From Nitrospirota bacterium (GTDB lineage: Bacteria; Nitrospirota; UBA9217): a stretch of 64,000 bases of DNA. The stretch spans positions 149,398 through 213,397 of the forward strand of contig CAVVOB010000022.1 in the NCBI GenBank assembly GCA_963749655.1. Direction: 5' to 3'. A program made the translations under genes and the position numbers. Shown here piece after piece: positions 1 to 8,646 of this stretch (position 1 is its first letter; the number at the start of each line of letters is the position of its first letter). The notes under the pieces were generated by a model that had not been told where the DNA came from, searched no databases, and saw only the letters and a program-made list of their open reading frames with translations.

Positions 1-961
1 CTGCCATGCTGTCAAGCCGCTGGCCGATCGCCGTATCATTGAGGTTCCAGGCGACATACCCGAAGACGTCGGCGGACAGAAATACATTGTAAGGGACCAG
101 CCTTCTGTGTGCCTCGTCAAGGAAGCCGGAGATGGCGGCAACCCGATTCGGTTCCGTGTTCGCTACGCTGAAGGTCGGGCCTTTCTGGTCGGGAAAGCGC
201 ACATAATCGAACTGGATCTCGTCAAAGCCGTTCCGTGCGGCCTCCTCGGCAATGGCGATGTTGTATTCCCAGACTTCCTGCTTCGACGGGTCCACCCAGA
301 TGAGGCCCTCGCGGTCGCGCCAGAGCTCCCCGCTCCTCGTCTTTATTGCCAGATCGGGGCGCGCCGCGCCGAGCACCGTGTCCTTGAACACCACGATCCG
401 GGCAATGGTATAGATGCCCCGTTCCTTCAGCGATGCGAGCAGTCCCTTTATGTCCTTTACGATGACGAGCTTTTGCGCGCCGATCTCCGTTGCAAGAGGG
501 ATGTCGCTCTTGTACGTTATCACCCCGCGGTCTCCCTTCACATCGATCACCAGGGCGTTGAGCTCCGTCTCGGTGATCAGCCTGAGCGCGTTCCCCCGCA
601 GGGACCTGTCCGCTATGCCGTAGTTCGTGAGATAGAGCGCTTTTGGCAGGAAGGGTTTCAGCCGCACTTCGAGCGGCGTACGGGAAGATTCCGGGACAGG
701 CATCGTGGTTCTCCCGTACCCGTGGGCACGGAAACCTATCGAGTCCGCCTCTCCCTCGATTGCGAACATGCCGTTCTCATCGGTAAGGGTGATTTTGTTC
801 CCCACCGTTACCATCGCGGCCTTGATCGGTTTTCCTGTGTCGGCGTCCAGGACCGTGCCCCCGGCCTCTCCGTTCGCGGTCCTTCCCTTGGTTGCGTTGG
901 CCAAGGAGAAAATGAACAGCACACAACAGGTCATCACCAATCTCGCTCTTTTTGTATTCAT
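1..961 (-). CDS. Putative glycoside hydrolase (DUF4015-like) with N-terminal carboxypeptidase-regulatory-like domain; runs off the left edge
   Basis: Manual translation from ATG 961 (GGAGAGGG upstream): MNTKRARLVMTCC...GTVLDADTGKPI...ELNALVIDVKGDRG...IARIVVFKD...GFDEIQFDYVRFPD. Absent from the ORF track because there is no stop before the edge. Confidence 0.75.
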   Translation of the reverse strand, partial: MNTKRARLVMTCCVLFIFSLANATKGRTANGEAGGTVLDADTGKPIKAAMVTVGNKITLTDENGMFAIEGEADSIGFRAHGYGRTTMPVPESSRTPLEVRLKPFLPKALYLTNYGIADRSLRGNALRLITETELNALVIDVKGDRGVITYKSDIPLATEIGAQKLVIVKDIKGLLASLKERGIYTIARIVVFKDTVLGAARPDLAIKTRSGELWRDREGLIWVDPSKQEVWEYNIAIAEEAARNGFDEIQFDYVRFPDQKGPTFSVANTEPNRVAAISGFLDEAHRRLVPYNVFLSADVFGYVAWNLNDTAIGQRLDSMA

Positions 962-1822
962 CTTTCCCTCTCCTACCGTACACTGCCTGCAGAACTGCTT
1001 TAACAAGCCCACGTGAACCTTTCCTGCATTTCCTTCGACGATCCTCTCGAAAGCCTTGCCGCTGACCGCGTTCGTGAGCAGATACCGCGGCAATTTCATG
1101 ACCGAGTCGCCATCAGTTGTAGGGCGCGCCTCGATCGAGAACGTGGCGATGTAGCCTGCTTCCTTTGCTTTTTCCAGAAGCCTGTCGTTGTAGATGCCGA
1201 AGGGCCATGCAAGCATATCTACGCGCACGCCCAGTTCTTTCTCGAGTTTTGCTTTTGATTTTGTGAGCTGCAGGTCCACAGACTTTTCGTATTCCGATGG
1301 GGACATCCGCTTTTCATCGTGCTTGAAATTGGGATGCCAGTAGGTGTGCCCCTGAAAATCGAACAACCCGGTCTTCTTCAGGTCCCTCAGCTGGTCCCAG
1401 GTCATTGCATAGGAAGCGTTCGATATGGCCGAGGGATAGAGGAAAAGCGTCACCGGCACGTGGAATTCTTTGACGAGGGGAAGCATGTGCTGGTAGACCG
1501 ATTCATGTCCGTCATCAACGACGATCACGACTGATTTGGGCAGGGGTTTGGGGCTCTTATTGAGATAATAATCGACGAGCTGTTTTAAGGGGATCACCTG
1601 ATAGCCGTTCTCTTTGAGGTATTTGAGGTGAGATTCGAAAACAGCGGTCGTTACGGTCATACCATCGGCAACCACGGGGCCGAAACGATGATACAGAAGG
1701 ATGGGGACGCTAAATGGGACGGGGTTTCCTGCAGTGTCAGCGCTTGCTATGCCTGAAAACGGAGAGAGGAGAAGAAAGAAGATAGCGGCCCGGAGGAGCA
1801 GCCGGTCAAAAAGTTTATTCAT
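962..1822 (-). CDS. Polysaccharide deacetylase (CE4/NodB family), secreted; no stop, in frame with the downstream gene
   Basis: Manual translation from ATG 1822: signal peptide, PILLYHRF, VVIVVDDG, GHTYWHPNF, LAWPFG, LPRY motifs. Confidence 0.85.
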
Positions 1823-1974
1823 ACCACTTCACCTAACCATGCTACATCAGTGGTGCCGTTATTCCCAGTGATTTTATAGTACGTTTTCGCTGAGATAGGG
1901 GCTGTGAGCGGGGTCACAATACAGTGTTAATATATAAGGAAGGAAACAACGGCAGATTTGCGACAGTTATGCTT

Positions 1975-1999
1975 TGGTTCAATCTGCAAGATTGAACCA
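1975..1999. repeat. REP-like hairpin TGGTTCAATCT-GCA-AGATTGAACCA; partial second copy at 10250-10271
   Basis: Perfect 11-bp stem. The 22-mer CAATCTGCAAGATTGAACCAGC occurs at 1980-2001 and 10250-10271. Confidence 0.7.
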
Positions 2000-2106
2000 G
2001 CGTGAGAAACAACGATAGCGGAACGACATAAACAAGGATGCACTCGCAGGACCCAACTCATAACTCATAACTAAAAACTCAAAACGTAGCTACGGCCTTT
2101 TCCGCA

Positions 2107-2172
2107 TTTGGGGTATACCCCAAAAAACCCCATCAACCCTCTTGACACCGGGGGTAAGATACTATATATAAT
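2107..2172 (+). promoter_or_regulatory. 18-bp palindrome plus sigma70-like promoter upstream of the EEP gene
   Basis: TTTGGGGTATACCCCAAA (2107-2124) is a perfect palindrome. TTGACA at 2142-2147, TATAAT at 2167-2172 (19-bp spacer). Confidence 0.45.
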
Positions 2173-2298
2173 TATACGAAAATGCGTAAATGAGTTGACG
2201 CTCCTGTCTTGCCCTGGGAGTAGCGCGCGATTGGCCGGGTGTGGTTGGATGGCAGGCGAATGACTGGGGAGGGATCACGTGCAAAGAGGTCTTGTACT

Positions 2299-3288
2299 AT
2301 GACGGACAGTCTCTTCCTGGCTATGTGGAACGTTGAGAATCTGTTTGATGTCGAAGGTGCGAAACGGCCCAAGAAGATCAGGCGGATCATAGCCAAAGAC
2401 ATCGCAGGCTGGAATGAGCAGCTTTTGGACGCCAAACTTCGTCAGCTCTCGATAGTCATCCGCTCGATGAACTCCGGAGCCGGCCCGGATGTGCTGGGGG
2501 TGTGTGAAGTAGAGAACAGGAATGTTCTCAAAAAGCTGGCTGACAGAATTTCCCTGGACGGCGGCCGGACTTACAGCATCGCCCATGCCGATACAAGCGA
2601 CAACAGAGGTATTGACGTCGCGTTCCTTTATGATTCGGGAATCATGAAAACGTCCCACGACAAGATGTTCCAGCACTGGGTGGTCAAGCGATATGCGACG
2701 CGTGAGCTCTTTCAGGTGAATTTTACGATCGATGGCGGGACCCTCGTCCTGATTGGAAACCATTGGCCTTCGCGATCGGGAGGCCAGTACGAGTCTGAAC
2801 CCTACCGCATGACCGCTGGCGAGACGCTTTCGTACTGGATCGAGCGAATTCACGAGGAACTGGGGGAAGACGCGGCGATCGTCGTCCTGGGAGACTTCAA
2901 CGATGAGCCGTTCAACCGCGCCCTAACGGAATATGCCCTTTCAATAAACGACAGCCGCGTTGTGTTGAGCGGAACAAGCCACTATCTGCTGAACCTCATG
3001 TGGCCTCTTCTTGCGCAGGGGAAGGGCTCGCATCTTTTCGAAGGACGCTGGAACATGCTCGATCAGATCATGGTGAGCAGGGCCGTGGTCAACGGCAAGT
3101 GCGGTTGGACCGCACAAGACAGTCCGCGCATCGTGGGTGCAGAGCTCATGACGCATCCGACTTCACGGGGGCCCCATCGGTTTGGGATCAAGCCGATGGA
3201 GCGCGATATCTCGGGATTCAGTGACCACTATCCTGTCAGCATCACTTTGAAAAAAGAAAACAGGATCTTCAGGCTTTCCTATGGGTAG
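2299..3288 (+). CDS. Endonuclease/exonuclease/phosphatase (EEP) family nuclease; last codons supplied by the IS
   Basis: WNVENLFD, GVCEVEN, RGIDVA, NHWPSR, LGDFND, LDQIMVS, GFSDHYPV motifs. ATG at 2299. Confidence 0.9.
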   Translation: MTDSLFLAMWNVENLFDVEGAKRPKKIRRIIAKDIAGWNEQLLDAKLRQLSIVIRSMNSGAGPDVLGVCEVENRNVLKKLADRISLDGGRTYSIAHADTSDNRGIDVAFLYDSGIMKTSHDKMFQHWVVKRYATRELFQVNFTIDGGTLVLIGNHWPSRSGGQYESEPYRMTAGETLSYWIERIHEELGEDAAIVVLGDFNDEPFNRALTEYALSINDSRVVLSGTSHYLLNLMWPLLAQGKGSHLFEGRWNMLDQIMVSRAVVNGKCGWTAQDSPRIVGAELMTHPTSRGPHRFGIKPMERDISGFSDHYPVSITLKKENRIFRLSYG

Positions 3289-4640
3289 CTAAGAAGATTA
3301 AATATGCATCGTAGGCCCATTTGAAGCTGCTTTTATAGCTTTAACGTTCTTTGATAACTTGACACGTTTAGATGCAAAGGGTATCGTCTTGCCTTATGAA
3401 GAAGACTACCCTTAGCACGCTTTATAGTTTTCCTGGTTTTCGCGCCCAGTCTCGGTTAAAGGATGATCCGGACGATCCCGGTGGCCGCATTATTGTCCTT
3501 CGACGACGGCAAAAAAAACTACCTGTTCATGTGGCCGTAGTCAGCGAGGCTTCTACGATCGCATCATGCATCGGGTCAGGGACCTTGACTCCGGCGGCAT
3601 TCGCATCCATCTCGAGTTTGAATATCGGCGCATGTTCTGCCGGAGGTGTCAAACTGTGAAGCGCGAGACCCTTGCCTGGCTGGCATCATCCAAGAGATTT
3701 ACCGGACGATTCGAACAGGCCATCGGGCGTCAGTGTCGTGAGATGTCTATATCCCGAGTGGCTGAAATGAACCGTTTGAGCTGGGACCAGGTCCAACGCA
3801 TCGAGAAAAACTACATGCGCGATCTGCTGGCGAAGCACCCGCCGTCCAAGGACCTTCGCGTGATCGGCATCGACGAAGTCTCGATTCGGAAGGGCCATAC
3901 CTATGCGATCGTTGTAGCTGATCTGGATCAGCATCGCCCTATCTGGATTGGCGGCAACGGCCGCAAGGAAGAAGACTTGGACCTCTTCTTCAATGAAATC
4001 GGGCCGAATACGGCCAAGGGCATCAAACTGGCAGTCATGGATATGTGGAAGCCTTTCAGAAACGCTACCAAACACCACGCGCCGGACGCTCAACTCGTCT
4101 TCGATAAGTTTCACGTACTCCAGCACCTGTCGTTTGCCTTGGATGAGGTCAGACGGAGCGAATATAAACGTGTCAATGACAAAGAACGACGGTTCATCAA
4201 GGGCCAGCGCTATACGCTGCTTTCAAACCGGGACAACCTGGATATGGATGGCAGACGGGCCTTGCAACTCTTACTCAAGGCCAATAGCCGCCTTCACAAG
4301 GCCTATCTACTCAAGGAATCCTTCGGGCAGCTGTGGTCATACAACAATCCAGCCTGGGCGCGAAAGTTCTTTGAGAACTGGAAAGCGCAGCTCCGATGGA
4401 GCCGCTTGGAACCGTTTCAAAAGTTTGCTGCAATGATCGAACGTCACTGGGATGGCATCGTCAGTTACTGTCATCCCGACAATAAGGTGTCCCTCGGATT
4501 CATGGAGGGACTAAACAACAAGATCCGGGTGATTCAGCGTCGGGCTTATGGCATTAAAGATAAAGAGTATCTTCGATTGAAGGTACTGACTTCCTTTCTC
4601 CCAGATGCCAAAAGTGACCCACACTAAACCCGGAAGACCC
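3263..4640 (+). mobile_element. Complete ISL3-family insertion sequence with imperfect TIRs and an 8-bp TSD
   Basis: Left end GGATCTTCAGGCTTTCCTATGGGT versus reverse-complemented right end GGGTCTTCCGGGTTTAGTGTGGGT. AGAAAACA is duplicated at 3255-3262 and 4641-4648. Confidence 0.95.
3396..4627 (+). CDS. ISL3 transposase, apparently expressed via a -1 frameshift at A8 (3511-3518)
   Basis: Upstream frame MKKTTLSTLYSFPGF...RRRQKK. The -1 frame gives TTCSCGRSQRGFYDRIMHRVRDL (zinc finger), GIDEVSIRKG, AVMDMWKPF, FDKFHV, EGLNNKIRVIQRRAYG. Confidence 0.9.
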
Positions 4641-4658
4641 AGAAAACATATCCTGAAC

Positions 4659-4689
4659 GGAAGAACCCGAAAAGAAACGGGGTTCTTCC
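4659..4689 (+). terminator. Hairpin just after the original (pre-IS) stop of the EEP gene
   Basis: GGAAGAACCC...GGGTTCTTCC 10-bp stem directly after TGA 4654-4656. No clear U tract. Confidence 0.5.
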
Positions 4690-4833
4690 AAATTCATCCG
4701 TTAAACCGGCCCGCACAGCGGGTGTCGACATATTCGCTTCGCACAACCCGTGCGTCATACAGCAAGCCACATACGGCAGTAAGGCCGTCTCCAAATAACA
4801 TATCCAAATAACATACAGGAAGGAGATCATCAC

Positions 4834-5865
4834 ATGGGAACAAAGTCAAGTGTTCTCTTGGACTCGCCCGAAATCATGGAGGGGATAGGCCCTTTACGCT
4901 CTGCTGCATTGACGCAGGCAGGAATTACGACGATTGCAGCCATGATCGGAGCGGGCGTCGGTAAGGTCCGCAGCATCTGCCCTGACGCCGGCGAGAGTGA
5001 AGTCCGGCGCTGGTTGTGTGCAGCCGCGCTTCTGCGGATAAAAGGCATGACGCCCGCCCTGGCCGACGCGCTTGCACGGGCTCAGGTATGCTCGTCAGCG
5101 AGTGTTGCGGATGCAAAGCTCAAGGATCTGGAGGACGCGGTTAAGGCCGCCTATGCGGGAAGCCGTGCGGTGAAAATCCCGAGCATCTATGATCTGGCTG
5201 CTGTGCAGCAGGCAGCATGGAAGGTGTGCGAAAAGGGAATGATGGCGGGGAGGATACTGACCTCGACCGGCGCCCCCCTCGCGCAGGTTCGGGTGGACAT
5301 CGGCAGTCAGGAGGCGCTTACGAATGACGCCGGATGGGTCGCCTTTGACGCGGTACCCGTCGGAAAGGTGAAATTGCAGATCTACCCGCAGGGCCGAAGC
5401 GTTGCCATGCAGCCGCCGCCCCTGGACGTCAGTCCGGACGGACTAGCGGGGCCCGTGGTCGTGCGGATCGCTTCGCTTGGCAAGCCCGAACAGTTCGCGA
5501 GGCGGGAGATTGACGGATACCCCGTCTTCATCACGAAGGCGTCGATCCTGCGAGCGGCATGGCGGGAAATCGGCGACCTGCCGGAGGGCGATCTTCTGCA
5601 GGTGCGCGACCTCGACAAGAACGGCGTGTTCCGGCTGCTTAGCCTCTACAAGGAACGGCAGGGCACGGTGATCACCGTGTTCCGGACAAAGGCGGGGGCC
5701 GCCGATCTTCCGGCCGGGACGAAGCCGGGCGACATTGTGACGGTTGCCGGGGGCCGTCTGCAGTCTACCAAACTGACGGTAGAAGGGGTGTCGGCAGTCA
5801 AGCGGGAGAAAACCGAGGCCTTAGGCCGGCGGACGAGCCGCCGGGTAGTGCGGTTAGCACTGTAA
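4834..5865 (+). CDS. Hypothetical protein: DUF4332-like tandem HhH domain, carboxypeptidase-regulatory-like beta-sandwich, unknown C-terminal domain
   Basis: EGIGPLRSAALTQAGITT...RRWLCAAALLRIKGMTPALADALARA; AGRILTSTGAPLAQVRVDIG...TNDAGWVAFDAVPVG. RBS AAGGAG; no signal peptide. Confidence 0.6.
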   Translation: MGTKSSVLLDSPEIMEGIGPLRSAALTQAGITTIAAMIGAGVGKVRSICPDAGESEVRRWLCAAALLRIKGMTPALADALARAQVCSSASVADAKLKDLEDAVKAAYAGSRAVKIPSIYDLAAVQQAAWKVCEKGMMAGRILTSTGAPLAQVRVDIGSQEALTNDAGWVAFDAVPVGKVKLQIYPQGRSVAMQPPPLDVSPDGLAGPVVVRIASLGKPEQFARREIDGYPVFITKASILRAAWREIGDLPEGDLLQVRDLDKNGVFRLLSLYKERQGTVITVFRTKAGAADLPAGTKPGDIVTVAGGRLQSTKLTVEGVSAVKREKTEALGRRTSRRVVRLAL

Positions 5866-5885
5866 AACACAAGGAGGGATGACCT

Positions 5886-6470
5886 ATGCCGGACGATGGG
5901 GGAGCTACTTATCAATTTATACCAAGCGCTGATGCCTGCGATACTTGCGCAGGGCAGGCAGGAGAATATGATTTTCCTCCCGCGGTACCTGTTCACGATA
6001 ACTGCAGGTGTCAGGTCGTGCAGAAAGGATTGGATTGCAAGGACGGAAGCGTTCGTTATGAAGTCCGAAATCTCGAAGTCTCGGAAGATTCATACACCAT
6101 AGAAGATGTTTTTATAGGGGACTACACCAACCGAGGCGAAGAATCCCTCGCGGCGACCGTAGCGATAAAGTGCGAAATCGAACAAGAGTCGTTCGACGAG
6201 GGAGTTGAGGCGGAACTGAACTGGTCCCCCATGTGCGGTTCTGTTTCCGAATCGGTTGTGTTTCCGGCGAGATCCACAGGGGAAATCAGAGGAGAGATCG
6301 AATATCAACAGATCATGTGTATCGGCGAACTATGGAAAATCTGCGAAACACCTGATCCGGTCGCGGGCTTCAACTCCGAGGAGTGTTATGTAGGAGAGGT
6401 CGGCGGTATCGCAGTAGCGCGTACCGGTTTGAACGGCGCTTACGTGGTGGCGGAACCGCTGGGGGAATAA
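5886..6470 (+). CDS. Acidic hypothetical protein with an N-terminal MuF-like CxxC...HxNCRC motif
   Basis: YQFIPSADACDTCAGQAG...PAVPVHDNCRC. RBS AAGGAGG; starts 20 bp after the previous gene. Confidence 0.6.
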   Translation: MPDDGGATYQFIPSADACDTCAGQAGEYDFPPAVPVHDNCRCQVVQKGLDCKDGSVRYEVRNLEVSEDSYTIEDVFIGDYTNRGEESLAATVAIKCEIEQESFDEGVEAELNWSPMCGSVSESVVFPARSTGEIRGEIEYQQIMCIGELWKICETPDPVAGFNSEECYVGEVGGIAVARTGLNGAYVVAEPLGE

Positions 6471-6646
6471 GATCAGGCACATGCCGGAGATTTCCGGAAT
6501 ACACAGAGAAATCCACAACTGCGTTTTGTGAGCTGATGGATCGGAATCGAAAATCGTATCGGCATGGGAGACCAGGGGGATGTAGTGACCGAAGTGGAGC
6601 AATGCGTGGGAGGAATTAATCAAGAATGCAATAGACTTAACTTAGT

Positions 6647-6690
6647 ATCAGTATCCGAAGAAGTTAGTCCATTTAGGTCACTACGTCCCC
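6647..6690 (+). repeat. 44-bp direct repeat, copy 1 (copy 2 at 8554-8597)
   Basis: ATCAGTAT(CC/TT)GAAGAAGTTAGTCCATTTAGGTCACTACGTCCCC, 42 of 44 identical. Confidence 0.9.
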
Positions 6691-6831
6691 TGTGGCGCCC
6701 AGAATCTTCGCAATTTTCAGGCGATTAACGATCCGAAGGAGGCTCTTATCCTTCTTGCCGAGGGCGACCAAGAGAAACACTATGACGCACTGACGGCGGA
6801 AGTTGAGAAGACATTACAGAGGGGCTAGCCG

Positions 6832-6907
6832 GTAGGTTGGGCAAAAGGCTTCACCTTGCCCAACAGAATTCAAAAGATGTTGGGCTGTGATGCGTAGGCC
6901 AACCTAC
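6832..6907. repeat. GTAG-type REP doublet (inverted pair)
   Basis: GTAGGTTGGGCAA...TTGCCCAAC (6832-6864) and GTTGGGC...GCCAACCTAC (6879-6907). Confidence 0.75.
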
Positions 6908-6922
6908 AGACTGGTTGTACAA

Positions 6923-7369
6923 ATGAAAATATACGTCGTTGACACTTGCTTGATTAATAAACTCGTCGATGGCTCTGTAGGCTCTGATGAATTGCCGAAG
7001 GATGGACAGTTTGTCGCGTCACATATTCAACTTGACGAATTGAGCAAGACAAGAAACACGGAACGAAGGGAAAAACTCCTGAATAAGTTTAGCGAGCTTA
7101 TTAGTGAAGTATTGCCGACGGAGTCATTTGTATTAGACATTTCGAGATTGGACGAAGCTCGTCTTGGCGATGGTGTCAGATATCATGCGATAAAAGAAGA
7201 CCTTGATGCACGAAATAAGTCAAAGCCAAACAATACACATGATGCACTTATCGCTGAAGTTGCAATGAAAAATGGCTACACTCTGCTTACAACGGATTTT
7301 GATCTTTACCAAACTGCATATAAGCAGGGTATCGGGGTAATGTACTGGACAACAACATCTCGCAAGTAA
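6923..7369 (+). CDS. PIN-domain (VapC-like) protein with no adjacent antitoxin
   Basis: YVVDTC, QLDEL, HDALIAEVA, LLTTDFDL acidic PIN residues. Low GC. Confidence 0.8.
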   Translation: MKIYVVDTCLINKLVDGSVGSDELPKDGQFVASHIQLDELSKTRNTERREKLLNKFSELISEVLPTESFVLDISRLDEARLGDGVRYHAIKEDLDARNKSKPNNTHDALIAEVAMKNGYTLLTTDFDLYQTAYKQGIGVMYWTTTSRK

Positions 7370-7389
7370 ACTACCATCAAAACAGCCGG

Positions 7390-7420
7390 GTAGGTCGGGT
7401 AGAGCGCAGCGAAACCCGAC
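7390..7420 (+). repeat. GTAG-type REP
   Basis: GTAGGTCGGGTAGAGCGCAGCGAAACCCGAC hairpin. Confidence 0.8.
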
Positions 7421-7433
7421 GGAATCGCAATGA

Positions 7434-7845
7434 TTGACCAAGCCTTCGAGATATCATGCGATACAAACGATCAATTGCAAAAGGGCTTCATTCTTTCTCA
7501 TCGTTGTAACGGATAAGCGAAGAAAATTTCTGTGTCATGATGCTAATGTCCGTCTTCTTCGCGAAGCTTTCCGGACGGTCAGGTCCCGTCACCCGTTTAC
7601 CATAGACGCTTTCGTGTTGTTGCCGGATCATCTGCACTGCATTTGGACTTTACCGGAGCAGGATAGTGATTTTCCCATGCGCTGGGTCAGATCAAGAGTC
7701 ATCTCAGCAGATATTGCAGTGATGAGTTCAAGGGACAACGAACGGCAGTGTATCTCGCCAAGTCATTTGGCAGAAAAGATATTGGGAGCATCATATCTGG
7801 GATGAGGCCGATTTGATCCATCATGTAGAGTACATTCACACCCGC
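7434..7845 (+). pseudogene. REP-associated tyrosine transposase (RAYT/TnpA-REP) remnant
   Basis: FF..VTDKR and AFVLLPDHLHCIWTLP (HUH). After a frameshift IWQKRYWEHHIWDE..HVEYIH, truncated before the NP motif. Confidence 0.85.
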
Positions 7846-8553
7846 ATCACGAATACGATCGGAACACCGCGCTCAAGTTAAAATTTTACGTTGCACTGTG
7901 GAATAATAATATGATACGGTAGCTGCCGGGAGTGGAGATATCCTCCCAGTCAAATTGTTCCTTTTTTCAGGGGATATGTTGTGATTACGGCCAGGGTTGC
8001 TCTACAGATATCGGTTGATCCGCCTTTGATACGCATACCGGAGAATGTCATAGACCTGGTGCCGGACCGCGAGGCAAACACCTATGCTATGGCGGATAAC
8101 GGGTTGCGGCAGGAAAAGCCTGAACACTATCGGATAAGCCTGATGAGAAGAGCTGATGCTGTCGTCGATAGAGTTACCATCAGCGGAACGTCTACGCCCG
8201 CAGGGGTTGCCCTGTTGCAGCCCGGTTATTTACCCCTCCTGCCGCTACCTTAAGGAAACGCTGTCGAACGTTATATGGCTATTCCAAACCAGCAGGGTTT
8301 TTGCGAATGAAAATCCGTGAGATTTGGACTGCACATGGTCCATTTGAGTTTAAAGAAGCCCGTAAAGAAATTGAGGACAGAAAAGATGAAGATCGTGACG
8401 GGGATTTAAGCATTTTCGATGATACGATCCGTGTCATTCGGCAAGTTGCATCGGGTAATATTGAGAAACGCGACTTTGAATTTAACGGATAAATTTTGAG
8501 GACGAAGTGACCGAAATGGAGAAATGGGCTGGAAGTAATGGGATAGGCTTGGA

Positions 8554-8597
8554 ATCAGTATTTGAAGAAGTTAGTCCATTTAGGTCACTACGTCCCC
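8554..8597 (+). repeat. 44-bp direct repeat, copy 2
   Basis: Matches 6647-6690. Confidence 0.9.
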
Positions 8598-8646
8598 GTC
8601 CCCTGTTGTGCCCCAAATTTGTCACCGTGCTGAGAATAGTTATCTC

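Noticed and set aside
107-1003. Long ORFs opposite or overlapping real genes (e.g. 107-1003, 13553-14659, 37398-39800, 59450-61537, 59974-62142)
   Set aside because: These are shadow ORFs of GC-rich coding DNA; the recognisable motifs lie in other frames.
5886-6470. Prophage, suggested by the MuF-like motif and by the S74 and integrase relics further right
   Set aside because: There is no terminase, portal, capsid or tail gene anywhere in the window.
7981-8492. Short ORFs of 90 and 63 aa in the island
   Set aside because: They have no recognisable motif or convincing start and are probably gene fragments.
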